Source: Verrucomicrobiota bacterium
GTDB lineage: Bacteria; Verrucomicrobiota; Lentisphaeria; Lentisphaerales; Lentisphaeraceae
Direction: 5' to 3'
Length of the DNA stretch: 54,675 bases
Assembly (NCBI GenBank): GCA_039798785.1
Contig: JBDKFG010000053.1
Coordinates: 1-54,675 of the forward strand
Shown: piece after piece, positions 27,029 to 36,458 of the stretch
Position numbering within the stretch: the first letter of the stretch is position 1
Layout of the letters: each line of letters opens with the position of its first letter
Notes under the pieces: model-generated
The model's input: the letters and a program-made list of their open reading frames with translations, nothing else
Told to the model about the DNA's origin: nothing
Database searches by the model: none
Translations under genes and position numbers: made by a program

Positions 27029-27071
27029 AAAAAACAAAAATCTCCCTTCGCGCTCAGCGCAAAAGGAGATT
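27029..27071 (-). terminator. leuD terminator
   Basis: AATCTCCTTTTGCGC/GCGCGAAGGGAGATT stem followed by a T tract on the minus strand. Confidence 0.75.
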
Positions 27072-27086
27072 CCGCTTGCTGGCGCC

Positions 27087-27698
27087 TCAGGCCTTCCAGG
27101 CGGAGAAATAAGGCAGTCGCGCCGCGGTGACGGCGATCTGCGGGCGGTTGGCGAGCAGCTCGGCGGTGACATCCCACGAGCCGGCGAGGAACTGCTGGCG
27201 CGGACCTTCCGCCAATTCCGCCTTGACTTTCAGGGTTCCGACGGTCACGGTGAGTGTCTCGAGATCGACCTCGACCTCGACAGCGGGATTGGCTTCCACC
27301 GCATCCTGGAGTGCCTCGGCGTCGGCAGCACTGACCTTGAGGCAGGGAACGCCAAGAGAGATGTTGTTGCCGAAGAAGATCTCGGCGAAGCTGACGCCGA
27401 CGATGGCCTTGATGCCCCAACGCATGATCGCCTGCGGCGCGTGTTCGCGGGAAGAACCGCAGCCGAAATTGGCATTGACGATCAAGATCTTGGCGCCCTG
27501 ATGTTCGGGCTTATCGAAGCCATGCACCTGACCTTTCGCCTTGAGCTGGGCCCGGTCATCGGCAAAGGCATGGGCGCCGAGGCCGTCGAAAACCACGCAC
27601 TTGAGGAAGCGGGCGGGGATGATGCGGTCGGTATCGATATCATTGCCTCGGACCGGGACGGCGCGTCCGACGACTTTTTTGACGACGAGTTCGTTCAT
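27087..27698 (-). CDS. leuD: 3-isopropylmalate dehydratase small subunit
   Basis: DIDTDRIIPARFLK, NFGCGSSREHAP, SFAEIFFGN. Confidence 0.96.
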   Translation of the reverse strand: MNELVVKKVVGRAVPVRGNDIDTDRIIPARFLKCVVFDGLGAHAFADDRAQLKAKGQVHGFDKPEHQGAKILIVNANFGCGSSREHAPQAIMRWGIKAIVGVSFAEIFFGNNISLGVPCLKVSAADAEALQDAVEANPAVEVEVDLETLTVTVGTLKVKAELAEGPRQQFLAGSWDVTAELLANRPQIAVTAARLPYFSAWKA

Positions 27699-27761
27699 GC
27701 AGGGAATTCCTTAGGCTGGTTAAACGCAGCCTACTATGGATGAGCTGCCTGCCCCCTTCAA

Positions 27762-27797
27762 CCCCTAAAACTCTCAAAACTCCTAAAACCCTCAGAA
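27762..27797. repeat. 9-bp-period tandem repeat (4 imperfect copies)
   Basis: ctaaaactc tcaaaactc ctaaaaccc tcagaac in the leuD/map divergent spacer. Confidence 0.7.
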
Positions 27798-27874
27798 CAG
27801 TGATTTTCAAATTCGTCATGCCGCCTATCTTGTGCGCCTTGAAATCAAAATCAGCTCGCTTTAAGGAGAGATTC

Positions 27875-28648
27875 GTGGCCTCACGCCCCGCAAAACCCCT
27901 GTCCCTCGACGAGATCCGCAAAATGGAGCGGGTCTGCCGCATGGCTGCCGAAGTGCTGCAATACGCCAGCACTCTGGTCAAGTCCGGTGTCTCGACAATG
28001 GATCTCAACGACGCGATTCACGACCGGACCCTGAGCCTCGGCGCCCAGTCCGCTCCACTCAATTACTACGGGTACCCCGCCGCCATCTGCACCAGCGTCA
28101 ACGACGTCGTCTGCCATGGCGTCCCCCGGATCGACGAAATCCTCAAAGATGGCGACATCATCAACATCGACGTCACATTGAAGCTTGACGGCTTCTTCGG
28201 CGACACCTCAGCCACCTTCTTCGTCGGCGAGGTCAGCGACATGGCCAAGCGGGTCACCGCCGCAGCCCGTGAAGGGATGTACGCCGGCATCGCCCAGGTC
28301 AAGGCAGGCAGACGCACCGGCGACATCGGCTACGCAACGCAAAAAGTCGTGCGCGCCGCCGGCTTCCATTGTGTCGAGGAGATCGGCGGACACGGCATCG
28401 GACCGGCCTTCCACATGGAACCCTTCGTCCCTGCCGTCGGCATGCCCAACCGCGGAGATCTCCTGATCGAAAACAGCTGCCTCACCGTGGAGCCGATGGT
28501 CAATCAGACCGGAAAGCGATTCCGTACACTCGACATCCCCGGCTCCGAGCACAAATACTACCGCACCACCGACGGCACTCTCTCCGCCCAGTTCGAGCAC
28601 ACCGTCCTGGTCACCAAGAAGGGTCACGAGATCCTGACCGCCTGGTAA
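27875..28648 (+). CDS. map: Methionine aminopeptidase type I
   Basis: CTSVNDVVCHG, GDIINIDV, GDTSAT, GHGIG, EPMVN, SAQFEHT; GTG start after AAGGAG. Confidence 0.96.
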   Translation: MASRPAKPLSLDEIRKMERVCRMAAEVLQYASTLVKSGVSTMDLNDAIHDRTLSLGAQSAPLNYYGYPAAICTSVNDVVCHGVPRIDEILKDGDIINIDVTLKLDGFFGDTSATFFVGEVSDMAKRVTAAAREGMYAGIAQVKAGRRTGDIGYATQKVVRAAGFHCVEEIGGHGIGPAFHMEPFVPAVGMPNRGDLLIENSCLTVEPMVNQTGKRFRTLDIPGSEHKYYRTTDGTLSAQFEHTVLVTKKGHEILTAW

Positions 28649-28695
28649 GCACAGTCTTTCGCATCTTCTACATTCCCCCAAGCAGAGGTCCTAAC

Positions 28696-30072
28696 ATGTT
28701 CGACAACCTGAGCAACTCCCTCCAACGCGCCTTCCGCGGTCTCACCGGCCGAGGCGTCATCAGTGCATCCAATATCCGCGACGCCATGGAGGAGATCCGC
28801 GCCGCCCTCCTCACTGCCGACGTCAGCTACGACATCGCCAACCAGCTGGTCGAAACCATCGCCAAAAAAGCCGTCGGCGAAGAAGTCCTGCGCTCCATCA
28901 CCCCCGGACAGCAAGTGGTCAAGATCGTCCATGACGAGCTGGTCAAGCTGATGGGCGAGTCCGACGCCCACCTCTCCCTCCCCAAGACTCCCAGCGTCAT
29001 CCTCATGGTCGGTCTCCACGGCGCCGGCAAGACCACCACCGCCGCCAAGCTCGGCCTCCTGCTCCGCAAGCAGAACAAACACGTCATGCTCGCCGCCTGC
29101 GACGTCTACCGCCCCGCCGCGATCGACCAGCTCGAAGCCCTCGGCCGCCAAATGGCCATCCCGGTCCACGCCGAACGCGGCGCCAGCGATGTCGTCAGCA
29201 TCGCCCAGAACGCCTACAAAGAAGCCAAGGCCAAAGGCTGCCAGGCCCTCATCGTTGATACCGCCGGCCGCCTCCAGCTCGACAAGGACATGATCGACGA
29301 AGTCATCCGCCTCAAGGCCGCCCTCGGTCCCTCGGAAATCCTCCTCGTCGCCGACGCCGCCCTCGGTCAACAAGCCGTCTCGGTAGCCACCACCTTCGAC
29401 CAGGCACTCGGCCTCACCGGTATCGTCCTCACCAAGCTCGACGGCGACGCCCGCGGCGGTGCCGCCCTCTCCATGCGCCAGGCCACCGGCAAGCCGATCA
29501 AATTCATCGGCACCGGTGAAAAACCCGGCGACTTCGAACGATTCCGTCCCGAAGGTATGGCGCAGCGCATCCTCGGCATGGGTGACGTCGTCAGCCTGGT
29601 CGAACAGGCCGAGATGATGATCAAAGAGGAAGAAGCCAAGCGCCTCGAACAGAAGATGCGAGAAAACACTTTCGACCTCAATGACTTCCTCGGCCAAATG
29701 GCGCAGCTCCGCGCGATGGGCGGCTTCCGTAAAATCCTCGAACGCCTCCCCGGTGGCGCACAACTGAAAGATCTCAATATCGACGACAAGCAGATGAAAG
29801 GCATCGAAGCAATCATCCAGTCGATGACCGCCGACGAACGACGCCTGCCAGAAATCATCAATGCCGGACGCCGCAACCGTATCGCCAAAGGTTCGGGATG
29901 CACCGTCGACAAGGTGAATGAACTGATCAAGCGCTTCAATATGGCGCGTGAAATGATGGGCAAAGTCGCGCGCGGCCAGTCGCCCATTCCCGGCCTCCCC
30001 AGCCTCCCCGGCACCTCCTCCACCAAGGCAAAAAAACTCTCCGCCAAGGACAAGAAAGCGAAGAAGAAATAA
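28696..30072 (+). CDS. ffh: Signal recognition particle protein
   Basis: GAGKTTT, DVYRPAA, DTAGR, TKLDGDARGG, RILGMGD, RRNRIAKGSG. Confidence 0.97.
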   Translation: MFDNLSNSLQRAFRGLTGRGVISASNIRDAMEEIRAALLTADVSYDIANQLVETIAKKAVGEEVLRSITPGQQVVKIVHDELVKLMGESDAHLSLPKTPSVILMVGLHGAGKTTTAAKLGLLLRKQNKHVMLAACDVYRPAAIDQLEALGRQMAIPVHAERGASDVVSIAQNAYKEAKAKGCQALIVDTAGRLQLDKDMIDEVIRLKAALGPSEILLVADAALGQQAVSVATTFDQALGLTGIVLTKLDGDARGGAALSMRQATGKPIKFIGTGEKPGDFERFRPEGMAQRILGMGDVVSLVEQAEMMIKEEEAKRLEQKMRENTFDLNDFLGQMAQLRAMGGFRKILERLPGGAQLKDLNIDDKQMKGIEAIIQSMTADERRLPEIINAGRRNRIAKGSGCTVDKVNELIKRFNMAREMMGKVARGQSPIPGLPSLPGTSSTKAKKLSAKDKKAKKK

Positions 30073-30177
30073 AGAGTTTAAAGTTTAAGGTTTAAGGTTC
30101 AAAGTTGGACCCTTAAACCTTGAAGCTTTCTTCTTCAGTCTCAACTTTAGACTTTAAACTTTAAACCTTAAACTCTT
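30072..30177. repeat. Empty inverted heptamer-array element (36-bp stem, 34-nt loop)
   Basis: Arms 30072-30107 and 30142-30177 are complementary; fills the space between the ffh stop and the next ATG (30184). Confidence 0.92.
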
Positions 30178-30183
30178 GGCTCT

Positions 30184-30882
30184 ATGGACCGCATCTCCCA
30201 GTGGTATCCGCTCTTTGGCGAGGAAACCTTCCCGACGGTTTTCCTGAAGCTGAATGAAGCCGAATGCACCCAGTTTCTCCAAGCCGGCGACACCCCTGCC
30301 GAACGCGATTTGGAGAAGCGGATCGACCGTGCCATCGACCTGCTCCCCGGCTCCTGCGTCGTCGGCCTCGATTCCTGCGCCCCTAGCGACTCGGCCATCT
30401 GGCAGAAAGACCGCTCAATCTCCTCCGGCGCCGCCGCCCTCAAGCTTTTGCGCAGTTCGCAATTGATGCGTGAGCTGATCCAATCCGGCAAGGACACCAC
30501 CCTCATCGTCCGCCCCTACCGCCGCATGGACCGGACCCGTGAATTCCGCCTCTTCGTCAAGGGCGGCAAACTCACCGCCATGAGCCAGCGCCACCTCGAC
30601 CGCCACTTCGCCCGTCTCGAAGAAATGAAAGACACCTATTGGCAGCGCGGCTGTGATTTCGCCGAAAAGATCCTCGCGCCCCACATGTCCGAGAAGGACT
30701 TCGTCGCCGACATCTATTTCACCTCCGACGGCGCCATCCTGATCGTCGACTTCAATGCCTGGGGCGCCCCCACCTCTCCCCTCCTCTTCCGCACCTGGGA
30801 ACGAGATTGGACCCAGCTCTCCGGCCTGAAGCTGATGCAGCCCCCCATGGCACTCGGCGGAGATGTCAAAGTTTCGTTCTGA
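30184..30882 (+). CDS. Cdc123/D123-like (R2K-clade) ATP-grasp protein
   Basis: APSDS, EFRLFVKGGKLTAMSQR, FVADIY, ILIVDFNAWG..SPLLF.W. Confidence 0.7.
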   Translation: MDRISQWYPLFGEETFPTVFLKLNEAECTQFLQAGDTPAERDLEKRIDRAIDLLPGSCVVGLDSCAPSDSAIWQKDRSISSGAAALKLLRSSQLMRELIQSGKDTTLIVRPYRRMDRTREFRLFVKGGKLTAMSQRHLDRHFARLEEMKDTYWQRGCDFAEKILAPHMSEKDFVADIYFTSDGAILIVDFNAWGAPTSPLLFRTWERDWTQLSGLKLMQPPMALGGDVKVSF

Positions 30883-30939
30883 GCCCTTGCCTCGGTGCAA
30901 GTAGATGAAATTCCGCTGAATCCGCTTAGATTTGGGACC

Positions 30940-32634
30940 ATGAACAGAAAACCCTTCATCGACACCTCGGACTCCAGCTTCCGCTCCTTGCGCGAACGCG
31001 GTTCCTACTTGGTCGACAAATCCCTCTTCATCCGCGATCTCATCGACGCCGAGAAGTCGCTCGTCGTGCCCCGTCCCCGCCGCTTCGGCAAGACCACCAA
31101 CCTGCTAATGGCCTTGGAGTTCTTCCGCATCGACAAGCAGGACCAGGCCGAGCTGTTCAAGGGCATGAAGATCCTCGATGACCCGGTCGCGCTCGCCCAC
31201 ATGGGCAAACACCCGGTCATCTTCCTCGACCTGAAAAGCTGGCAGGCGCCGAACCTCGATGACCTGAAAGATCGGCTCGCCCTCACCATGTGCTCCATCG
31301 TCAGCGGACACAAGGCAGCACTACTCGTGCTGGAGCCAGAAGAACAAGACCAGATGAAATCGGTGCTGGCCTGCCAAGCCAATCTCGCCGTACTGCAAAA
31401 ATCTCTTACCCTCCTCTGCAAGGCCCTCGCCCTTCACCACCAGGCCGAGCCCATCATCCTCATCGACGAATACGACGCCCCGATCCACGCCGCCTACGCC
31501 GAAGGCTTCTACGACGAAGCCATTAATGTTCTCCGCCCCTGGCTTTCCGACGCCCTCAAGACCAATAATTACCTCTTCAAGGGCTGCCTCACCGGCATCT
31601 TGCGAATCTCGAAGGAATCGCTCTTCTCCGGCCTCAACAACATCGAGGCCTACACCCTTCTCAACCGCGATCAAAAACTCTTTCAGGACAAGTTCGGCTT
31701 TACGGAGGACGAGGTCGCCGAAATCCTTCGTGTTTTCGGCAAGCCCGAGAGCCTGTCCGAATGCCGACGCTGGTACAACGGCTATATCTTCGGCTCCTTT
31801 ACCATCTACAATCCCTGGTCGATCACCCATTTCGCCCGCTCTGAATTGAATGAGCCACGCCCCTGGTGGGTCAACACTTCCAAGGACGCCCTAATTTGGC
31901 AGCAGCTCGCCATCGCCCCCCCTCGTGCCCGCCAGGAGATGCAAACCATCCTCGCCGGCGGCTCAGTGCGCAAAGCGGTGTCGGAAGCCACCCACCTGTC
32001 GCAATTGCCCAACTCCGAAGCCCTGTGGTCGCTGATCGTCCTCTCCGGCTACCTCAAGGCCTCCGAGCCGATCACCGAAGAAGAAACCGGCACCACCTAC
32101 AAACTCGAGCTCCCCAACCGCGAAGTCTTCGAGGCCTTCCGCAACTTCGTCAACGACGGTTTCGCCAAGATGCAATTGGAATTGGAAGACCTGCCCTTCC
32201 AACTCCTCGCCGAGGACCGACTGGAAGAGCTGGAGGAATCCCTGCGCGAGCTCTTCCTCGCCTGCGCCTCCTACCACGATCTCAACCGCATCGCCGAAAG
32301 CTTCGTCCAAGGCGTCTTCTTTGGCATTTGCATCCACCTGCGCAAAAGCTTCCTCATCCGCTCAAATGTCGAAACCGGCCGCGGCCGCGCCGACATCCTC
32401 CTCACCCCTCGCGATCCCTCCTCCGGTCTCAGCGGCAAGATCCTCGAAATCAAGATCGCCAAAGACAACGAGACCCTCGAACAAGGCCTCGACGCCGCCT
32501 TCGCCCAGATCGACAAGCGTGACTACGCGACCAGCCTGCGCGAAGCCGGCTGCAACAAGACCCTCAAGATCGCCATCGCGGTCAAGGGCAAGGATATCGC
32601 TATCGGCTTCCAGCCCAGTCAATTGCCCGGCTGA
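30940..32634 (+). CDS. AAA-ATPase-like protein with C-terminal PD-(D/E)XK nuclease-like domain
   Basis: YLVDKS, PRPRRFGKT, ILIDEYDAP, SKESLFSGLNN, WYNGY, YNPWS, SNVETGRGRADI, LEIK. Confidence 0.9.
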   Translation: MNRKPFIDTSDSSFRSLRERGSYLVDKSLFIRDLIDAEKSLVVPRPRRFGKTTNLLMALEFFRIDKQDQAELFKGMKILDDPVALAHMGKHPVIFLDLKSWQAPNLDDLKDRLALTMCSIVSGHKAALLVLEPEEQDQMKSVLACQANLAVLQKSLTLLCKALALHHQAEPIILIDEYDAPIHAAYAEGFYDEAINVLRPWLSDALKTNNYLFKGCLTGILRISKESLFSGLNNIEAYTLLNRDQKLFQDKFGFTEDEVAEILRVFGKPESLSECRRWYNGYIFGSFTIYNPWSITHFARSELNEPRPWWVNTSKDALIWQQLAIAPPRARQEMQTILAGGSVRKAVSEATHLSQLPNSEALWSLIVLSGYLKASEPITEEETGTTYKLELPNREVFEAFRNFVNDGFAKMQLELEDLPFQLLAEDRLEELEESLRELFLACASYHDLNRIAESFVQGVFFGICIHLRKSFLIRSNVETGRGRADILLTPRDPSSGLSGKILEIKIAKDNETLEQGLDAAFAQIDKRDYATSLREAGCNKTLKIAIAVKGKDIAIGFQPSQLPG

Positions 32635-32653
32635 ATCCTAAAGGAGCTGAGCC

Positions 32654-33553
32654 ATGAACGTCCTTCTCTCTTTCCTCCTGTTTTTTGCCGCCCCCGTCAA
32701 ACCCGAAGAGATTCCAGTCCAAGGCAGTGATGGCATCTACACGGTGTTGAAAGCGGTGAAAATCAACGACACTCTGACCAAGATCTTGACTCGACACAAA
32801 ATCACCCAGGAACAACTTCTCGCAGTCAACCCCGAGATCGACTTCAAAAAACTCAAGGTCAATCAGATGTTCCGTCTTCCGGTGGAGGCTCCACCTCCTC
32901 CAGTGGCTAGGAGTGACGAGCAAAAAAAATGGGACGAAATCGTAGCTTATCTCCATGAAAACCCCGAAGATAAAGAGCTCTGCATAAAAATTAAAGAAAC
33001 GATAGAAAAAATTAAAAAAGATATCATCATCGAGGATTGCGTAATGCTGAGCTCTTCAGAGTTATATTATCTTAGGGAACCCAGAATTAGAAATTCCGAC
33101 TTACCCGAAATATCCCTCGCACTGAACTTCTGCTACAAGACTCTCACAAACGGGGACCAAGGGATTCAATCTCAAAAAGCCCTTGATTTGGAGTTATCTG
33201 GCTATGCTTCCGATTTCTATCAATTCAGCCGCAGCGATCGCCCGCCGATTCGCGGCATGGAAGGATTTTTTCGCGGCGAGGGCGATCTCATTCCGGTCTG
33301 GAAACGCCCCTTTGACCCGGCTGTTCTAAAAGACGACAAAGCTCTCTTGGCCTTCTATCGAGTCGAACTCAGCCCTGGGCACTTGATTTACCTCAGCGGC
33401 ACAGGGCGCATGGTGATCGTCAAAACCAAGCTCACCAAGACTCTGGATGTCTTGAAAGCTCTGCAAGAAAAAAACCTGGATTTGAGTCAAGAAGTCAAAA
33501 GCCAGGCCAAGCCCGAGCCGCCACCGCTTCGTCGCTTCGTCGTCCCCCAATGA
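32654..33553 (+). CDS. Hypothetical protein with N-terminal LysM-like domain
   Basis: VKINDTLTKILTRHKITQEQLLAVNPEIDFKKLKVNQMFRLP; AAGGAG RBS. Confidence 0.7.
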   Translation: MNVLLSFLLFFAAPVKPEEIPVQGSDGIYTVLKAVKINDTLTKILTRHKITQEQLLAVNPEIDFKKLKVNQMFRLPVEAPPPPVARSDEQKKWDEIVAYLHENPEDKELCIKIKETIEKIKKDIIIEDCVMLSSSELYYLREPRIRNSDLPEISLALNFCYKTLTNGDQGIQSQKALDLELSGYASDFYQFSRSDRPPIRGMEGFFRGEGDLIPVWKRPFDPAVLKDDKALLAFYRVELSPGHLIYLSGTGRMVIVKTKLTKTLDVLKALQEKNLDLSQEVKSQAKPEPPPLRRFVVPQ

Positions 33554-34755
33554 TCTCCCCCGCCTACATCCGCGCCGCCGCGTCCATCTCGCCTCTCGGC
33601 TCGAACCCGAGGGAAGTGCTCGAACAGCTCTTTGCGGGGAACGCATACCCCGGACGAGGCATCGCTCAAAGCTTTTCCCTGCCTGATGGCAAGAGCTGGC
33701 CGGTTGGGCGAGTTGAAGCCGATCTGCCCGATCTGCCTCCCGGCTGGGAACGCTACAACAGCCGCAACAACCGACTGCTGCTGGCGACCCTGAAACGCCT
33801 CGATGCTCCCTTGCGCGAGGAGCTGCGGCGTTGCCGTCCGGAACGCTTCGCCTGTCTGATCGGCACCAGCACTTCCGGTATCGAAGACGCGGCCCAGGCT
33901 TGGACCGAACGCGACAAATCCGGCAGCTTCCCACCGGGCTTCAATTACCGCCAACATGAAATGGGCTCCCCCTCGGAATTCCTCCGGGAATGGCTCGGGA
34001 TCAAAGGCCATTGCCTGACTGTCTCGACCGCCTGCAGCTCTTCGGCCAAAGCCTTCGGCAGCGCCCTGCTCTTGCTCGAACAGAATGAGGCCGATTGCGT
34101 CCTGGTCGGCGGCTGCGACAGCTTGAGTTCCCTCACCGTCGCCGGCTTTGCCGCCCTCGAAGCCGCCAGTCCTCAGCCTTGCTCGCCGCTGTCGATCCGG
34201 CGCCGCGGCATCAACATCGGCGAAGCCTGCGCGCTCTTTCTCGTGGTGCGGCGTCCGCAAGGCATCAGCCTGCTCGCCTGCGGCGAATCTTCCGACGCCC
34301 ACCACCTCTCCGCCCCGGAGCCCGAAGGACGCGGCGCCGAGGCCGCGATTCGCGCCGCCTTGCTTCAATCGGGATTGAGTCCGGAACAGATCTCCTATGT
34401 CAACCTGCACGGCACCTCGACACCCTTGAACGACGCGATGGAATCGAAGGCGATGGCGCGGGTTTTCAACGGCCGCGTGGCTGCTTCCTCGAGCAAGAAT
34501 CTCAGCGGCCATTGCCTTGGTGCCGCCGGTGCCTTGGAAGCCTGGTTCCTCTACCTGCTGATGCATCAGGATCGCCGTCGCTTCCGCCTGCCGCCGCAAG
34601 GGAATCTCGGCCCCGAGGATCTTGATCCGGCCCTGGCTCCATTGCGTCTGCCGCAAAGAAACGAGTTCTTCTCTTGTCCGGAAGGACCCTGGGCTATGGC
34701 ATCCAGCTCCTTCGCCTTCGGCGGCAGCAACGCCTGTGTCATCTTGGGGCGCTGA
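33550..34755 (+). CDS. Beta-ketoacyl-ACP synthase (FabB/F family)
   Basis: GTSTSGI, TVSTACSSSAK, NIGEA, SDAHH, YVNLHGT, GHCLGAAG, SFAFGGSN. Confidence 0.92.
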   Translation: MISPAYIRAAASISPLGSNPREVLEQLFAGNAYPGRGIAQSFSLPDGKSWPVGRVEADLPDLPPGWERYNSRNNRLLLATLKRLDAPLREELRRCRPERFACLIGTSTSGIEDAAQAWTERDKSGSFPPGFNYRQHEMGSPSEFLREWLGIKGHCLTVSTACSSSAKAFGSALLLLEQNEADCVLVGGCDSLSSLTVAGFAALEAASPQPCSPLSIRRRGINIGEACALFLVVRRPQGISLLACGESSDAHHLSAPEPEGRGAEAAIRAALLQSGLSPEQISYVNLHGTSTPLNDAMESKAMARVFNGRVAASSSKNLSGHCLGAAGALEAWFLYLLMHQDRRRFRLPPQGNLGPEDLDPALAPLRLPQRNEFFSCPEGPWAMASSSFAFGGSNACVILGR

Positions 34756-34756
34756 G

Positions 34757-35326
34757 ATGAAGTCCTTTGCCACCACGGAAAACACGGAAGGCACGGAATT
34801 GAGCGGCCAGCAAGTTTGCGCTCAGCGCAACGCGATCAACGCCCGCATCGAGCTGGAACACCTGAAGCTTGAGCTGGAACACCGCAGGACGCAATATTTC
34901 CGGCAATTCATCGACCAGTATTTCTGCTACAAAAACGGCCTGGTGACGCGTGGCGGCCTGGTCAACTGGGGCGCCTTGCCGTGGAAGTACACCATTTCCG
35001 CCGGAGCCGAAAAGATCCGTCTGGCGAATCCGCACAAGCTCAGCAAGGGCGCGATGTCGCAACTGGTGGTCAAGGAGCATGTCGTCCCTCTGCGCGTGAT
35101 CGAAGCAATGCTGCTTGAGCTGGTCGACAAGAACAATCTCACTTGTGAATCGATCGCCACAGTACTCGACCAATTTGTCGTCTTTGCCACCATCACCAAG
35201 ACTGAAGATCAAATCCTGGTGCGCCAGGGCTTGAAGGACTCCATGCCCGAGGGATGGCAGCCGCAGACCGGCAGTGTCTTCGCCCGTTACGACAAGGTCG
35301 GGATCCGCTACGTCAAGGCGCCCTGA
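34757..35326 (+). CDS. Hypothetical protein with EHVVP (HNH-like) motif
   Basis: ATG 1 nt after the KAS stop; VKEHVVP..ITKTED..RYDKVGI. Confidence 0.6.
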   Translation: MKSFATTENTEGTELSGQQVCAQRNAINARIELEHLKLELEHRRTQYFRQFIDQYFCYKNGLVTRGGLVNWGALPWKYTISAGAEKIRLANPHKLSKGAMSQLVVKEHVVPLRVIEAMLLELVDKNNLTCESIATVLDQFVVFATITKTEDQILVRQGLKDSMPEGWQPQTGSVFARYDKVGIRYVKAP

Positions 35327-35918
35327 GTCGACTCACGTCGTCCGGGCCTCCCACCGGGAGTGAGGTGAACTGCCGTTCGGCCTTGGCCAGACGCTGCAGG
35401 CGTCGCCGGTTGCGCCACGCTCCAGGGATGCGCCCGAGCAAAGTCACCGTGCACTCCCATACCGCTACCCAGGAAAGGATGGTCAGACCCTCGAGCAGGA
35501 TCTTCGCCGCCAATGGATCGAGCCTCTGCATGGTCGAAGCCACCGAGAACTCCAATCCGATGGTCATGACCCCGGCCAGAAGCAATACGCCACCGCGGCG
35601 CAAAGCCTTCCATATGTCTCGCCGCTCCAGCTCGGCGAGATAGGTGAAGTAAGTGGCCATTGAGGTCTCGACGCGACTTCTCTGGGCCGCATCGGGAAGC
35701 TGCTGCAGGACGAAGCGGACAATGAAATCCTGCTTCCCCAGTTCGTGCACAGAGTCCTTGAGGTAGCTCGCCAGCTCCTCGTCGAGATCCTTGCGGACGA
35801 AGGGAGCGTTGCGGTCGAAGTTATTGTAGAGCTCGCTCACCGAAGCGGCGCTGACTTCGATCACAGCCCTCCCGTCTGGCAGGATCTCATAGCGGTCGAG
35901 TATGTCGCGGCGTGACAT
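35313..35918 (-). CDS. Conserved two-TM membrane protein
   Basis: LYNNFDRNAPFVRKDLDEELASYL, EGLTILSWVAVWE; GGAG RBS before ATG 35918. Confidence 0.75.
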   Translation of the reverse strand: MSRRDILDRYEILPDGRAVIEVSAASVSELYNNFDRNAPFVRKDLDEELASYLKDSVHELGKQDFIVRFVLQQLPDAAQRSRVETSMATYFTYLAELERRDIWKALRRGGVLLLAGVMTIGLEFSVASTMQRLDPLAAKILLEGLTILSWVAVWECTVTLLGRIPGAWRNRRRLQRLAKAERQFTSLPVGGPDDVSRLRAP

Positions 35919-35993
35919 CGTGCATCTCCTTGGCCTCTGAGACAATTTACACCCGGAGCCTTAGATTGCGGGAAACTCAACTGAGGAACGACG

Positions 35994-36410
35994 ATGAAAT
36001 TGCGTGCGGAGCGCTTCCACGACATCTGTGCCGGCCACCGGGTCTGCGGACACGAAGGCAAGTGCCGCCACCTTCATGGCCACAACTACCGCATTCACTT
36101 CATCTGCGAAGGCGATCTCGATCCCCTCGGAAGGGTCATCGACTTCTCGGTGATCAAGGAGCACCTCTGCGATTGGCTCGAGGAGGAATGGGATCACCGA
36201 TTCCTGCTTTGGGAAGAGGATCCGCTCCTGCCCGCCCTGCGTGAAATCGAGCCGAGCCTCGTCGCTCTGCCCTTCAACCCCAGCGCCGAAAACCTCGCCG
36301 CCCACCTCCTGCAAGTTGTCGGGCCCCAACGCCTCGCCGGCACCGGCGTGCTCCTCCGCGAAGTCCTGGTCGAGGAAACCAGACGCTGCCAAGCTCGCGC
36401 CAGCCTGTGA
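35994..36410 (+). CDS. queD: 6-carboxytetrahydropterin synthase
   Basis: CAGHRV, CRHLHGHNY, VIDFS, WDH, NPSAENLA, EET. Confidence 0.9.
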   Translation: MKLRAERFHDICAGHRVCGHEGKCRHLHGHNYRIHFICEGDLDPLGRVIDFSVIKEHLCDWLEEEWDHRFLLWEEDPLLPALREIEPSLVALPFNPSAENLAAHLLQVVGPQRLAGTGVLLREVLVEETRRCQARASL

Positions 36411-36458
36411 CAGCCGACTACAATGAGGGCCGCTCGTGTGAGCGGCCCTGCTTCTTCA

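Noticed and set aside
28369..28695. N-terminal extension of Ffh in the ORF track
   Set aside because: Overlaps map; the conserved start MFDNL with a GAGG RBS is at 28696.
30940..32634. Novel defence nuclease
   Set aside because: Matches the widespread AAA-ATPase-like/PD-(D/E)XK family; solitary, with no partner genes.
35920..35993. preQ1 riboswitch upstream of queD
   Set aside because: Short divergent spacer lacking the stem-loop plus A-rich tail signature.
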